From an uncultured Rhodobacteraceae bacterium (GTDB lineage: Bacteria > Pseudomonadota > Alphaproteobacteria > Rhodobacterales > Rhodobacteraceae): a stretch of DNA of 56,688 bases. This document shows positions 9,321-19,670 of the stretch, one piece after another (within the stretch, counting starts at the first letter, position 1; each line of letters starts with the position of its first letter). Below the pieces are notes generated by a model. The model did not search any database and was not told the origin of the DNA. It was given only the letters and a program-made list of their open reading frames with translations. Location of the stretch: contig CALDYW010000031.1 in assembly GCA_937944395.1 (NCBI GenBank), positions 1 to 56,688 on the forward strand, in the 5' to 3' direction. The translations under genes were made by a program, and so were the position numbers.

Positions 9321-9386
9321 GGCGCGGGGGCTCCGCCCCCGCACCCCCGGGATATTTGGATCAAGAGGAAGGCAGGGCCTGGCGGC

Positions 9387-9947
9387 ATGGCGGCGCTGAA
9401 CATCCGGAAGGGCACCACGCGGCATTCGGCCTACGACCTGCGGTCGAGCTATGCCGAGGTGCAGGAGACCCACACCCTGGCGGTGATCGTGGACAACGAG
9501 CCCGGGGTTCTGGCGCGCGTCATCGGCCTGTTCTCGGGACGGGGCTACAACATCGAGAGCCTGACGGTGGCCGAGACCGACCATCGCGGCCATCGCTCGC
9601 GCATCACCATCGTCACCACCGGCACGCCGCAGGTGATCGAGCAGATCAAGGCGCAGCTGTCGCGCATGGTGCCGGTGCACGAGGTGCACGACCTGACGGT
9701 CGAGGGGCCGGCGGTGCAGCGCGAACTGGCGCTGTTCAAGGTGGTCGGCACCGGCGAAAAGCGGGTCGAGGCGCTGCGGCTCGCCGACATCTTCCGCGCC
9801 AGCGTGGTCGACTCGACGCTCGAGAGCTTCGTCTTCGAGATCACCGGGAACAGCGAGAAGATCGACGCCTTCGCCGAGCTGATGCGGCCGCTCGGGCTCA
9901 AGGAGATGGCCCGCACCGGGATCGCGGCGCTGTCGCGGGGGAGCTGA
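9387..9947 (+). CDS. ilvN: acetolactate synthase small (regulatory) subunit
   Basis: ACT domain signature HTLAVIVDNEPGVLARVIGLFSGRGYNIESL. Immediately downstream of the large subunit. Also known as ilvH. Confidence 0.95.
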   Translation: MAALNIRKGTTRHSAYDLRSSYAEVQETHTLAVIVDNEPGVLARVIGLFSGRGYNIESLTVAETDHRGHRSRITIVTTGTPQVIEQIKAQLSRMVPVHEVHDLTVEGPAVQRELALFKVVGTGEKRVEALRLADIFRASVVDSTLESFVFEITGNSEKIDAFAELMRPLGLKEMARTGIAALSRGS

Positions 9948-9986
9948 GCCGGGGCGCTTGCCCGGCTCCGGCTCCGGCCAGGGGTC

Positions 9987-10235
9987 TCAGGGCAGAAGGC
10001 CCACGGCGCGGGCGGCGGCCAGTTCCTCGGCGTCCACCCGGCCGTCGCCGTTCGCGTCGATCACCGCGAAGGCGTCCTCGCCGAGGTCCGGCCAGAGGGT
10101 GCGCATCTCGGCCAGGTTGAAGCCGCCGTCGCCGTTGCGGTCCTGCGGATCGGCGGCGAGCGCCGGCAGGGCGGCGAGCGCGAGGGCGCAGGCGGCGGCG
10201 AGCGGGGTTGTCCTGCGGCAAAGGCTGCGCGGCAT
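9987..10235 (-). CDS. secreted EF-hand pair Ca-binding protein
   Basis: The start at MPRSLC... follows AAGGA. Signal peptide ...ALAALPALA, then two EF loops, DRNGDGGFNLAE and DANGDGRVDAEE. The track ORF is longer (to 10337). Confidence 0.7.
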   Translation of the reverse strand: MPRSLCRRTTPLAAACALALAALPALAADPQDRNGDGGFNLAEMRTLWPDLGEDAFAVIDANGDGRVDAEELAAARAVGLLP

Positions 10236-10556
10236 CGGTCGGTCCTTTTGATCGGCCCCGGGTCGCGGGGCACCCTTGTGCGAGATGGGCCCGGCCGCGC
10301 CGCGATGCAACCGGCCCGCGCCGTCAGGCGGTGTCACGCGCCGTCACGGCGGTCCGATCGGCGGCCCGATCGGCGGCCCGATCACGGCGGCGCGACGACA
10401 GAGGGGGGGGCGGAGGCCCCCCGGTCTTGCGCATCGGGCTGGTCCGTTGACCGCTCGGTTCCTTCCCTGCCTGCGGCCCGATCGGCGTCAGGGGCGGGCG
10501 GCCCCGCCCCGGTGCCCGCGCCCCGCCGGTCGGGCCGGGGCGGGGACGGGCGTTCC

Positions 10557-13500
10557 TCAACTGCAGCCGCTGGTCGCGCCGCAGGTGTTGCACTTCAGGC
10601 AGGTGCCGTTGCGCACCAGGGTGAAGTTGCCGCACTCGCCGCAGGCCTCGCCCTCGTAGCCCTGCATCTTCGCCCGTGCCCGGGCGTCGAGGGCGGCACC
10701 CGCGGCGGCGAAGGCTGCCGGAGCCTCGGCCAGTCCCGGCATCAGCGCCGCCGCCGCCACGCTGCCGCCGCCGTAGGCCGTCGCGCCGCCCTGGAACACC
10801 ACGAGCTCCTGCGGAAGGCGCTTGCGCAGGTAGCCGGTGGAGGAGATCTGCTTCAGCACCTCGATCGATTTCGAGGCCGCCGCCTCGCCCACCGGGGCGA
10901 CATTGCCGCCGCGTTCGCCCTCGCCGAGGTCATCGAAGCTTGCGCCCGCGGGCTTCACATGGGCCAGGTCGGTGCGGTCGAGATAGCTGATCGCCAGTTC
11001 CCGGAAGATGTAGTCGAGGATCGAGGTCGCGTTCTTGATCGCCTCGTTGCCCTGGACCATGCCCGCCGGCTCGAAGCGGGTGAAGGTGAAGGCATCGACG
11101 AACTCCTCGAGCGGCACCCCGTATTGCAGCCCGACCGACACCGCGATGGCGAAGTTGTTCATCATCGCCCGGAAGGCCGCGCCCTCCTTGTGCATGTCGA
11201 TGAAGATCTCGCCAAGCCGCCCGTCGGCGTATTCGCCGGTGCGCAGATAGACCTTGTGGCCGCCGACGACGGCCTTCTGGGTGTAGCCCTTGCGCCGTTC
11301 GGGCAGCTTCTCGCGGTGGGCGCGCACCACCTCGCGCAGGATGATCTTCTCGACCACCTTCTCGGCCAGCACCTGCGCCTTCTCGGCCGGCCGGCCGGCG
11401 GCCATTGCCGCCTCGGCGGCGTCGTCCTCCTCGACCAGGCTTGCGGCCAGCGGCTGGCTGAGCTTCGAGCCGTCGCGGTAGAGCGCGTTCGCCTTGACCC
11501 CGAGCCGCCAGGACATCTCGTAGGCCGCCAGGCAGTCGGCGATGGTCGCGGTGTTCGGCATGTTGATGGTCTTCGAGATCGCGCCCGAGATGAAGCTCTG
11601 CGCCGCCGCCATCATGGTGATGTGGCTCTCGACCGACAGGAAGCGCCGGCCCGTCTTGCCGCAGGGATTGGCGCAGTCGAAGACCGGCAGGTGTTCGGGC
11701 CTGAGGTGCGGCGCGCCCTCGAGCGTCATCGTGCCCACGGCGTGGTCGTTGGCGGCGTCGATCTGCTCGCGCGTGAATCCGAGGTGGCGCAGCAGGTCGA
11801 AGCCCGGGTCGGCCAGCTTCTCGGCCGGGATCCCGAGGGTGCCGGTGCAGAAGTCCTCGCCGAGCGTCCACGGGTTGAAGACGAAGCGGATGTCGAAGGC
11901 CGAGGGCAGCGCGGCCTCGATCCGGGCGATCTCGACGGGGCCGAACCCGTGGCCGATCAGCGCGGTATGGTCGATGCCCGGCGCCTGCGCCAGGCTGCCG
12001 TGGCCGACCGCATGGGCGACGATGTCGGCGATCTCGGCCTCGCTGTAGCCAAGCTGCGCCAGCGCCGCGGGCACCGAGCGGTTGATGATCTTGAAATAGC
12101 CCCCGCCGGCCAGCTTCTTGAACTTGACGAGGGCGAAGTCGGGCTCGATCCCGGTGGTGTCGCAGTCCATCACCAGTCCGATCGTTCCCGTCGGCGCAAT
12201 GACGGTGGCCTGCGCGTTGCGAAATCCGTGATGCTCGCCGAGCCGCAACGCCTCGTCCCAGGCCGACCGCGCCAATGCGACGAGGGCGGGATCGGGGCAG
12301 TTCGCGGCGTCGAGCGGCACCGGCGGCACGTTCACCCCCTCGTAGCCGTCGCGGTGGCCGTAGGCGGCGCGACGGTGGTTGCGGATGACGCGTAGCATGT
12401 GGCTCCGGTTGCGCGCGAAGCCGGCGAAGGGCCCGACCTCGGCGGCGATCTCGGCCGAGGTGGCATAGGCGACCCCGGTCATGATCGCGGTCAGCGCGCC
12501 GCAGAGCGCCCGGCCGGCATCCGAGTCGTAGGGCAGGCCCATGGACATCAGAAGTCCGCCGATGTTGGCATAGCCGAGCCCGAGGGTGCGGAAGTCGTGG
12601 GACAGTTGCGCGATCTCGCGGCTGGGGAACTGCGCCATCAGCACGCTGACCTCCAGCGTCAGCGTCCACAGCCGGGTGGCGTGCACATAGGCCTCGGCGT
12701 CGAAGCGGCCGTCCCGCCAGAAGGTCAGCAGGTTCATCGACGCCAGGTTGCAGGCGGTGTCGTCGAGGAACATGTATTCCGAACAGGGGTTCGAGGCGCG
12801 GATCGGCCCGTCCTCGGGGCAGGTGTGCCAGGCGTTGATCGTGTCGTGGAACTGGATGCCGGGGTCGGCGCAGGCCCAGGCGGCCTGGCCGACCTGTTCC
12901 CAGAGCTCCCGCGCCTTCAACGTCTTCGCCACCTTGCCGTCGGTGCGGCGGGTGAGCTGCCAGTCGGCATCCGCCCGCACCGCCGCGAGGAAGGCATCGG
13001 TCACGCGCACCGAGTTGTTCGAGTTCTGTCCCGAGACGCTGGCATAGGCCTCGCCGTCCCAGTCGGTGTCGTAGGTCGGGAACTCGATCCCGGTGTAGCC
13101 CTGCGCGGCATAGTCGAGCACGCGCTTCACGAAGGTCTCGGGGATGCCCGCCTTCTTGGCGTCGCGGATCGCCGCCTTGAGGCCGGCATTGCGTGCGGGA
13201 TCGGTGGCCGCGGCGGCCTCGCCGTCCCAGGCGCGGATCGCGGCGAAGATCGCGTTCAGGTGCTTCTCGTGCAGCTTCGAACCGGCGACGAGGCTGGCGA
13301 CCTTCTGCTCCTCGACCACCTTCCAGTTGATGAAGGCCTCGATGTCGGGGTGATCCATGTCGCAGATCACCATCTTCGCCGCCCGCCGCGTGGTGCCGCC
13401 CGACTTGATCGCGCCGGCGGCGCGGTCGCCGATCTTCAGGAACCCCATCAGCCCCGAGGACTTGCCCCCGCCCGAGAGCTTCTCGCCCTCGCCGCGCAGC

Positions 13501-14210
13501 TTCGAGAAGTTGGTCCCCGTCCCCGAGCCGTACTTGAACAGCCGCGCCTCGCGCACCCAGAGATCCATGATCCCGCCCTCGTTCACCAGGTCGTCGGCCA
13601 CCGACTGGATGAAGCAGGCGTGCGGCTGGGGGTGTTCGTAGGCGCTCTCCGAGCGGGTGAGCGCGCCGGTGCGGTGATCGACGTAGAAATGCCCCTGGCT
13701 CGGGCCGTCGATGCCGTAGGCCCAGTGCAGCCCGGTGTTGAACCACTGCGGCGAGTTCGGTGCCGCCATCTGCGCGGCCAGCATGTAGCGCATCTCGTCG
13801 AAGTAGGCGCGGGCGTCGTCCTCGGCGGTGAAGTAGCCGCCCTTCCAGCCCCAGTAGGCCCAGGCTCCGGCCAGCCGGTCGAAGACCTGCCGCGCCGAGG
13901 TCTCGCCGCCCGTGCGCTCGGCCTCGGGCAGGCGGGCCAGCGCCTCGGCATCGGCGACCGACCGCCAGAGAAACTCGGGCACGCCCTCCTCGGGCACCCG
14001 CTTCAGGCGGGCGGGGACGCCCGCCTTGCGGAAATACTTCTGCGCCAGGATGTCGGCGGCGACCTGGCTCCAGCCTTCCGGCACCTCGATTCCCTCGAGG
14101 CGGAACACCACCTTGCCATCGGGATTGCGGATCTCGGAGGCGGTGGTCGTGAAACCGAGCTGCTCGTAGGCATCGGCCCCGGCCCGGGTGAACATGCGGT
14201 CGATCTTCAT
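10557..14210 (-). CDS. nrdJ: class II (adenosylcobalamin-dependent) ribonucleoside-diphosphate reductase
   Basis: [20 protein letters not shown]..., active-site region [19 protein letters not shown], and a C-terminal Cys-rich tail [28 protein letters not shown]. 1217 aa from the ATG at 14210. Confidence 0.95.
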   Translation of the reverse strand: MKIDRMFTRAGADAYEQLGFTTTASEIRNPDGKVVFRLEGIEVPEGWSQVAADILAQKYFRKAGVPARLKRVPEEGVPEFLWRSVADAEALARLPEAERTGGETSARQVFDRLAGAWAYWGWKGGYFTAEDDARAYFDEMRYMLAAQMAAPNSPQWFNTGLHWAYGIDGPSQGHFYVDHRTGALTRSESAYEHPQPHACFIQSVADDLVNEGGIMDLWVREARLFKYGSGTGTNFSKLRGEGEKLSGGGKSSGLMGFLKIGDRAAGAIKSGGTTRRAAKMVICDMDHPDIEAFINWKVVEEQKVASLVAGSKLHEKHLNAIFAAIRAWDGEAAAATDPARNAGLKAAIRDAKKAGIPETFVKRVLDYAAQGYTGIEFPTYDTDWDGEAYASVSGQNSNNSVRVTDAFLAAVRADADWQLTRRTDGKVAKTLKARELWEQVGQAAWACADPGIQFHDTINAWHTCPEDGPIRASNPCSEYMFLDDTACNLASMNLLTFWRDGRFDAEAYVHATRLWTLTLEVSVLMAQFPSREIAQLSHDFRTLGLGYANIGGLLMSMGLPYDSDAGRALCGALTAIMTGVAYATSAEIAAEVGPFAGFARNRSHMLRVIRNHRRAAYGHRDGYEGVNVPPVPLDAANCPDPALVALARSAWDEALRLGEHHGFRNAQATVIAPTGTIGLVMDCDTTGIEPDFALVKFKKLAGGGYFKIINRSVPAALAQLGYSEAEIADIVAHAVGHGSLAQAPGIDHTALIGHGFGPVEIARIEAALPSAFDIRFVFNPWTLGEDFCTGTLGIPAEKLADPGFDLLRHLGFTREQIDAANDHAVGTMTLEGAPHLRPEHLPVFDCANPCGKTGRRFLSVESHITMMAAAQSFISGAISKTINMPNTATIADCLAAYEMSWRLGVKANALYRDGSKLSQPLAASLVEEDDAAEAAMAAGRPAEKAQVLAEKVVEKIILREVVRAHREKLPERRKGYTQKAVVGGHKVYLRTGEYADGRLGEIFIDMHKEGAAFRAMMNNFAIAVSVGLQYGVPLEEFVDAFTFTRFEPAGMVQGNEAIKNATSILDYIFRELAISYLDRTDLAHVKPAGASFDDLGEGERGGNVAPVGEAAASKSIEVLKQISSTGYLRKRLPQELVVFQGGATAYGGGSVAAAALMPGLAEAPAAFAAAGAALDARARAKMQGYEGEACGECGNFTLVRNGTCLKCNTCGATSGCS

Positions 14211-14376
14211 GGTCTCATGCCCCGTCGTTTCTGTCGTTGAACCGGCGCGCGGTCTCCGCGCTCCGGGCCGTCCGGTGGACGGGACAGCCGCCCTGAGGCC
14301 CCGGAACCCTGCACGGGCTTCCCGGGCCAGCGCCCCCCGGGCGCCCCGTCGCAGAGGATGCTGTCCCGCCCCTTGG

Positions 14377-14423
14377 GCACTAGATGTGGTGTGCCTGTGG
14401 GCGGCCCGCACAACCTGACGTGT
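14377..14423. promoter_or_regulatory. two candidate NrdR boxes upstream of nrdJ
   Basis: GCACTAGATGTGGTGT (14377-14392) and GCACAACCTGACGTGT (14408-14423). Both have the form GCAC-N8-GTGT, with centres 31 bp apart. The second overlaps a possible -10 (TCAGGT) located 17 nt downstream of a minus-strand TTGACC (14441-14436). Confidence 0.4.
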
Positions 14424-14575
14424 GTGCTAGCCTCCGGTCAACGAGAAAATTTGAGCCATCCACCGATTTTCGCGCTTGACCTGCAGGCCGGCCACGCCCG
14501 GGCGCGTGAATCGCCTTCGTGACAGTCGGCCGGGCGCGCGGTCGCGCTGCGCCGCCCCGGCACGGCGGTGGCGGA

Positions 14576-14652
14576 TGGTCGGGGCGAGAGGATTCGAACC
14601 TCCGGCCTGCAGTACCCAAAACTGCCGCGCTACCAGGCTGCGCCACGCCCCG
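14576..14652 (-). tRNA. tRNA-Pro (anticodon UGG)
   Basis: The reverse complement reads CGGGGCGTGGCGCAGCCTGGTAGCGCGGCAGTTTTGGGTACTGCAGGCCGGAGGTTCGAATCCTCTCGCCCCGACCA. Acceptor stem 7 bp, anticodon loop TTTGGGT, T-loop GGTTCGAATCC, encoded CCA. Confidence 0.95.
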
Positions 14653-14732
14653 ACGATGGACAGGGATAGTGCGGATTCGGCCGCAAGGGAACCTGCCGGA
14701 GCGCAGCGGGCCGCCCCGGCGCGGCGCCGGGG

Positions 14733-15551
14733 TCAGAAGATGAAGTCGGAGACCATGACCGAGGTGACGCCGACAAGCTCGATCTCGAAGCCGGTGATGC
14801 CGTTCAGGTCGAAGTCGATCTCCAGGATCGAGGTCGTGGGGTTGAACAGGATCACCGAGAACGGATCGAAGCCGCCGCCCGGGGCGCCCTTCAGGTCGAG
14901 CTTGTCGGTTCCCGATCGGAAGTCGGCGATCACATCGCGCGAGGCGCCCTTGCCGAGATCGGTAAGCGCGGCGAATACGAACACGTCCGCGCCGCTTCCG
15001 CCGAAGATCGTGTCGGCCCCGCCGCCGCCGGTGATCGTGTCCTGGCCCGCCCCGCCCGACAGCAGGTCGTCGCCCGCTCCGCCGGCGATGCTGTCGTCGC
15101 CTTCGTTGCCGCGGATCGTGTCGTTGCCCTCGCCGCCCACGGGCGAGTCGGCCCCGCCGCCGCCGCCGTAGCCGGTGTCGTTGCCGGTTCCGAGTTGGGC
15201 CGAATCGTTGCCGCCCTCGCGCCGGATGAGGTTGCCGGCGCGCGGGGCATAGGTGAGTCCGTCAGCGGTGACTCCGGTCCGCAGGAACATCCCGTCGTTC
15301 CCCGGGCGTCCGGTGATCTGGTAGGGCAGCGCGAAGAACAGGTTCTCGATCGCCGCCGGGTTGCTGCCGTCGAGTTCGGCGAAGATTGCGTTCGACAGGC
15401 GCTTCGCCGGGATGTTGAGGTTGTCCACCGTGCACCACGGCACGCCGCCCACATACATCGAGATCGACGTGATCGTGCCGACACCGGCCAGGAAAGTCGT
15501 CGTCCCGATGGTGACCGTGCCGAGATTGTTGCCGGTGATCGCCCAGGTCAC
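14733..15551 (-). CDS. RTX-type (hemolysin-type) calcium-binding repeat protein, paralog 1
   Basis: GGxGxD nonapeptide repeats ([51 protein letters not shown]). The C-terminal domain resembles that of the neighbouring paralog. The first canonical start is the GTG at 15551, but homology continues in frame up to 15680 (see findings). Confidence 0.8.
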   Translation of the reverse strand: MTWAITGNNLGTVTIGTTTFLAGVGTITSISMYVGGVPWCTVDNLNIPAKRLSNAIFAELDGSNPAAIENLFFALPYQITGRPGNDGMFLRTGVTADGLTYAPRAGNLIRREGGNDSAQLGTGNDTGYGGGGGADSPVGGEGNDTIRGNEGDDSIAGGAGDDLLSGGAGQDTITGGGGADTIFGGSGADVFVFAALTDLGKGASRDVIADFRSGTDKLDLKGAPGGGFDPFSVILFNPTTSILEIDFDLNGITGFEIELVGVTSVMVSDFIF

Positions 15552-15804
15552 GTTCGAGCCGGGCCGGCTGAGCCCGATCAGGGTCGGGGACTGGGCCGTG
15601 ACGTCGAAGTTCTTGATCTCGTTGAGATGGAAGAAGGCATCGAACGGGTTCGCGAGATTGGGAAAGAGGATGCGTGCGACTTCGGGTCTCCGTCAGGCCG
15701 GCTCACAGCCGGGTGGGTCCTGCTGGCAGATCGGGCGTGCCGACGCAGGGGAGACACGCAGGGGCATGGGGGGGAGGCGGGGCGGGAACCCGCCCCGCCC
15801 GCGG

Positions 15805-17334
15805 TCAGACCAGAACGTCGCCGAACGGCAGGGCGGTGATCCCGTCCAGAAGGATCTCGAAGTCCACGAGGCCGTTGCCGTCGATGTCGAACTGCAGGAG
15901 GCCGGTTGCCCCGTCGAACCGGACCTGGTTCGCCCCCGAGAACGGGCCGGTGCCGATGAAGGTGAGCCCGCCGATGCCGGTCAGGTCGATCCGGTCGATG
16001 CCGCGCTGGTAGTTCACGATCACGTCCCGCGCTCCGGACCCCTTGCCGAGGTGGCTGAGGCTCGAGAAGACGAAGGTATCGGCCCCGGTGCCGCCTTCCA
16101 ACGTGTCGCGGCCTGCTCCGCCCTCGAGCCGGTCGTTTCCGCCTCCGCCGAGAAGGCTGTCGTTGCCGGTGCCGCCGAACAGCGAGTCGTTGCCGGCCTC
16201 TCCGTAGAGCGTGTCGTTGCCCGTCCCGCCGTTCAAGGTATCGCCGCCGCCGCCGCCGTAGCCGACATCGTTGCCGCCGCCACCCGTGATCAGATCGGCG
16301 CCGAGCCCGCCTTCGGCCCGGTCGTTGCCGTTGCCGCCCTCGAGCGTGTCGTTGCCGGCGTTTCCGTAGAGCGAATCCGCACCCTCGCCGCCGAGGATCA
16401 GGTCGCCGCCGTTGCCGCCGGCGATCGTGTCGTTGCCGGCGCCGCCCTCCAGCCGGTCCGCGCCGATCCAGCCGTGCAGCAGGTCGCTGCCGCTGCCGCC
16501 GATGAGCGTGTCGTTGCCGTAGCCGCCCTCCAGCGTGTCGTTTCCGGCGCCGCCCTGCAGCGTGTCATTGCCCGCCTGGCCGATCAACCAGTCGTTGCCC
16601 GTGCCGCCGTCGAGGCTGTCGTTGCCGTTGCCGCCCTGCAGCGTGTCGTTGCCGGCGTTTCCGTAAAGCGAATCGGCACCGTCGCCGCCGCCGATCAGGT
16701 CGTCGCCGTCGCCGCCCATGAGCGAGTCCTCGCCGCCCAGGCCGAAGACATGGTCGTTGCTGCCAAGGCCGCGGATCGTGTCGTTGCCGCCGCCGCCGGC
16801 CAGGTAGTCGCCCAGCGATCCGCCGACGATCGAGTCCCGCCCGTTGCCGGCGGTGATGTTGTTCGGGCTGTCGGCGAGGACGTAGCGGTTGTCGCCGGTG
16901 GGCGTGAGGTCCACGCCGTCGCCGCTGACCGTGAAACCGCTCTGGACGGCGCCGGTGGAGAGCGACGTGAAGTTGTAGGCCAGCGACAGGAACAGCGCCT
17001 CGAGCGCGGCGAAGTTGGTTCCCTGTTCGTCTGCCAGAAGCGCCGCGTGCAGCGTCGCGGCAGCCAGGCCGACATCGGTGACGGTGAACAACCCGTCGGC
17101 GACGATCGCGGTGATCGTGCCGCCGGTCAGGTAGGTCTTTCCGCCGATGACGGTGGTCGAAAGGCCGGTGCCTGCCACGAACACACGGGTTCCGCTGAAG
17201 GCGCTCGGCATCGCGAGGTCGTAGGTCACCAGCGTCGGCGTCGCCGACACGATCGCTCCGAACTTCAGATCCGACAGGATGTAGAAGATGTCGTCGATGG
17301 TGCCGTTCAGGTCATCGATGTTGACGTTGGGCAT
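15805..17334 (-). CDS. RTX-type calcium-binding repeat protein, paralog 2
   Basis: Start MPNVNIDDL... (ATG 17334, GGAAGG 8 nt upstream). There are about 20 GGxGxD repeats and a C-terminal ...[17 protein letters not shown]...VDFEILLDG... region typical of T1SS-type substrates. A GC hairpin (15776-15799) follows the stop. Confidence 0.85.
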   Translation of the reverse strand: MPNVNIDDLNGTIDDIFYILSDLKFGAIVSATPTLVTYDLAMPSAFSGTRVFVAGTGLSTTVIGGKTYLTGGTITAIVADGLFTVTDVGLAAATLHAALLADEQGTNFAALEALFLSLAYNFTSLSTGAVQSGFTVSGDGVDLTPTGDNRYVLADSPNNITAGNGRDSIVGGSLGDYLAGGGGNDTIRGLGSNDHVFGLGGEDSLMGGDGDDLIGGGDGADSLYGNAGNDTLQGGNGNDSLDGGTGNDWLIGQAGNDTLQGGAGNDTLEGGYGNDTLIGGSGSDLLHGWIGADRLEGGAGNDTIAGGNGGDLILGGEGADSLYGNAGNDTLEGGNGNDRAEGGLGADLITGGGGNDVGYGGGGGDTLNGGTGNDTLYGEAGNDSLFGGTGNDSLLGGGGNDRLEGGAGRDTLEGGTGADTFVFSSLSHLGKGSGARDVIVNYQRGIDRIDLTGIGGLTFIGTGPFSGANQVRFDGATGLLQFDIDGNGLVDFEILLDGITALPFGDVLV

Positions 17335-17620
17335 GGGGCCTGCCTTCCGAACTCTTCCCGAGTGGGCGCCACCGGGGGCGCGGGCCGGGATAGCTGCGAC
17401 GACGGGCGGCATCGTGCCGCGCCGGATCTTGCCGTGGGTGGACCCGATCGACGGCCGCTGAACGGACCGATCAGATCATCCGTCCGGTCTCCCTTCGCCG
17501 CGAAGGGTCGCCCGGGCGGGCCGGATGGGCGGACAGGACGGCGCGCGCTTCCCCTTTCTTCCTCCCGGTCGGAATGGTAGTCGTGACCCGCCGCCTGCGT
17601 CAAGCTGTCACAAGTTGCCC

Positions 17621-18115
17621 TCAGGGCGGCTCGCAGGGCCAGGCGGCACGGTCCTGGGGCAGGGCCGGGTGGCGCAGTTCCGCGCCGGGTTCGATCCCGA
17701 TCCGCGCCGCCAGCCCGCCGTTGATCTCGAGCACCGCAAGGATGCCGTCGCCGCCCGGGATCGGCGTGCGGTCGAGCGGCACCGCCCGGGCATGCACCCG
17801 CACCACCTTTCCGGTTTCGTCGGCGAAGATCATGTCGAGCGGAATCAGCGTGTTCTCCATCCAGAAGGCGACGCTCTGGGGGTATTCGTAGATGAACAGC
17901 ATCCCCGACCCCAGGGGCAGCGACGTGCGGTGCATGAGGCCCGCCGCCCGTTCGGCCGGTTCGTCGGCGATCTCGACGCTGAAGGCGGCGGTGCCGAACG
18001 GCCCGCGCAGCTCGACCCGCCCCGCGCTGCAGGCGTCCGCCGGACCGGCGACACCGAAGGCCGACGCCAGCGCCAGCGCCAGCGCCAGAACGGCCCCCGG
18101 CCGCGCGGCGGTCAC
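17621..18115 (-). CDS. DUF192 domain-containing periplasmic protein
   Basis: ...GLMHRTSLPLGSGMLFIYEYPQSVAFWMENTLIPLDMIFADETGKVV... is the DUF192 signature. A GTG start at 18115 after GGAGG gives a signal peptide VTAARPGAVLALALALASAFG. It overlaps the upstream stop as GTGA. Confidence 0.8.
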   Translation of the reverse strand: MTAARPGAVLALALALASAFGVAGPADACSAGRVELRGPFGTAAFSVEIADEPAERAAGLMHRTSLPLGSGMLFIYEYPQSVAFWMENTLIPLDMIFADETGKVVRVHARAVPLDRTPIPGGDGILAVLEINGGLAARIGIEPGAELRHPALPQDRAAWPCEPP

Positions 18116-18663
18116 GGCGCCTCCGTCCGAAGCGCGGCATCCCACGCGGCGACCAGCGTCGCCAGCCGCCCGCGCCGCCCCTCGATCACCTTGAGGCTGA
18201 TGGCCTCGCCGGGCTGGAGGTCGGCGAAGCCGGACCGGCGCAGAACGTCGATGTGGATGAACACGTCATCGGCCCGGCCGAAGACGTTGGCGAAGCCGAA
18301 GCCCTTGCCACGATCGAACCACTTCACCCGCGCCGGCAGGAGCGGCAGGGCTGCCAGAACCTCGGGACGGACCCGGGCGATGTCGTCGAGCCCGCTTCCG
18401 GATCCGGTCGCAGGCGGCTCGAGCTGTGTGACCTTCGCGGCCAGCCGGCCGCGCGCGGTGGCCTGCACCTCGACCTCGATCGCCGAATTCTCGGCCACCG
18501 AGTTCTGCCCGAAAGCGCGCAGGACGTTGGCGTGCAGCAGGATGTCGGGGCCGCCGTCGTCGGCCACGATGAAGCCGAAGCCCTTGCCCGGGTCGAACCA
18601 CTTCACCCGACCGCTGGCACGCACAGCGGGCCGGTCGCCCCCCGATCGTTCGTCAGCGCCCAA
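18112..18663 (-). CDS. cold-shock protein with two cold-shock domains
   Basis: Two CSDs: GRVKWFDPGKGFGFIVADDGGPDILLH and ARVKWFDRGKGFGFANVFGRADDVFIH. The stop at 18112 is firm. The start is uncertain: candidates are TTG 18663, GTG 18624 and GTG 18756. Confidence 0.8.
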   Translation of the reverse strand: MGADERSGGDRPAVRASGRVKWFDPGKGFGFIVADDGGPDILLHANVLRAFGQNSVAENSAIEVEVQATARGRLAAKVTQLEPPATGSGSGLDDIARVRPEVLAALPLLPARVKWFDRGKGFGFANVFGRADDVFIHIDVLRRSGFADLQPGEAISLKVIEGRRGRLATLVAAWDAALRTEAP

Positions 18664-18873
18664 GACCGTTGCCGTCCATCCCCAACCGCACCGGTTTCTC
18701 CGGCCTTCTGCCCGCCAATGCAAGCGGTAAACGGCCGCGCCGCGCGCCGTCCGCACCAGCGTTCCGTCTGGCGGAACCCTCGGTCGCGCCCGCGGCCGTG
18801 GTGACAGCCCTGTCCCCGCGTGCTAGGGCCGCCCTGCGGGCGCATGACCCGCAGGCAGTCAGAGGCAACGGAC

Positions 18874-19509
18874 ATGGACGACCGGACCGGCATCTTCGCG
18901 GGGGATGACCCGTTCCTGATCGCCCGCTCCTGGCTCGACGAGGCGCGCGCGAGCGAACCCAACGACCCCGACGCGATCGCGCTGGCCACCGTCGATGCCC
19001 GCGGCCTGCCGAACGTGCGGATGGTGCTTCTGCGCGAGATCGAGGCCGAGGGCCCGGGATCGTCGGGCATCCCCGAGGGCGCCTTCGTGTTCTACACCAA
19101 CTACGGCTCGGCAAAGGCGCGCGAGATCGAGGCGACGGGCGCGGCCGCCTTCGTGCTGCACTGGAAGTCGCTGCGCCGCCAGATCCGGGTCCGCGGCCAC
19201 GCCAGCCGCGAGGACGGCGCGAAGGCCGATGCCTATTTCGCGTCGCGCTCGCTGAAGAGCCGGCTCGGCGCCTGGGCCTCGCGCCAGTCCGAACCGCTGG
19301 CCTCGCGCGCGGCGCTGATGGCCGAGGTCGCACGGCAGACGGCCCTGCATGGTCTGAACCCGCCGCGCCCCCCGTTCTGGGGCGGGTTCCGCATCCGTCC
19401 GGTCGAGATCGAGTTCTGGGCCGACGGCGCCTACCGCCTGCACGACCGCTTCCGCTGGCGCCGCGAGGGTCCGGGCAAGCCCTGGCAGATCGAGCGGCTC
19501 AATCCCTGA
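18874..19509 (+). CDS. pdxH: pyridoxamine 5'-phosphate oxidase
   Basis: ...[10 protein letters not shown]...[15 protein letters not shown]...[12 protein letters not shown]...[19 protein letters not shown]...[28 protein letters not shown]. Confidence 0.95.
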   Translation: MDDRTGIFAGDDPFLIARSWLDEARASEPNDPDAIALATVDARGLPNVRMVLLREIEAEGPGSSGIPEGAFVFYTNYGSAKAREIEATGAAAFVLHWKSLRRQIRVRGHASREDGAKADAYFASRSLKSRLGAWASRQSEPLASRAALMAEVARQTALHGLNPPRPPFWGGFRIRPVEIEFWADGAYRLHDRFRWRREGPGKPWQIERLNP

Positions 19510-19670
19510 CGGGGCGTCCGAGGCCCGCGGGTCTGCGCGGAACGCGCCCGGGCCGCTGGGGAAGGGCCGCAGCGAAGCCGGCGGCCGGAGGGGCGGCGGC
19601 GCGGCCGCGGCGCTTGAAGCAATGGAGCGGACGGTCTAAACGGGCGCGTGGCGCGGGGAAGGGACGGGTG

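Noticed and set aside
10354-10384. 12-bp tandem repeat ccgatcggcggc (about 2.5 units). The other short tandem repeats (21044-21088, 31010-31052, 41846-41913) were also considered as CRISPR-like arrays.
   Set aside because: The units are contiguous with no spacers, are only 12-17 bp long, and occur in 2-4 copies. These are slippage-type microsatellites, not CRISPR.
14211-14575. Cobalamin riboswitch in the nrdJ 5' UTR.
   Set aside because: I found no B12-box-like core (rAGYCMGgAgaCCkGCc) on the minus strand. A B12-dependent enzyme is also not the expected target of a B12 off-switch.
14576-17334. A tRNA-Pro-associated genomic island carrying the RTX genes.
   Set aside because: The RTX genes lie on the 5' side of the tRNA. 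No integrase is visible, and I found no direct repeat of the tRNA 3' end anywhere in the window.
6386-17334. A functional 'calcium island' linking the CaCA antiporter, the EF-hand protein and the RTX proteins.
   Set aside because: The genes are separated by unrelated housekeeping operons (ilvBN, nrdJ, tRNA) and lie on different strands. The shared Ca2+ theme is most likely coincidental.
17574-17603. A promoter for RTX paralog 2 on the minus strand (TTGACG-18-TACCAT).
   Set aside because: The hexamers are plausible, but this would imply a ~235-nt 5' UTR and I see no supporting feature. It is too speculative to list as a feature.
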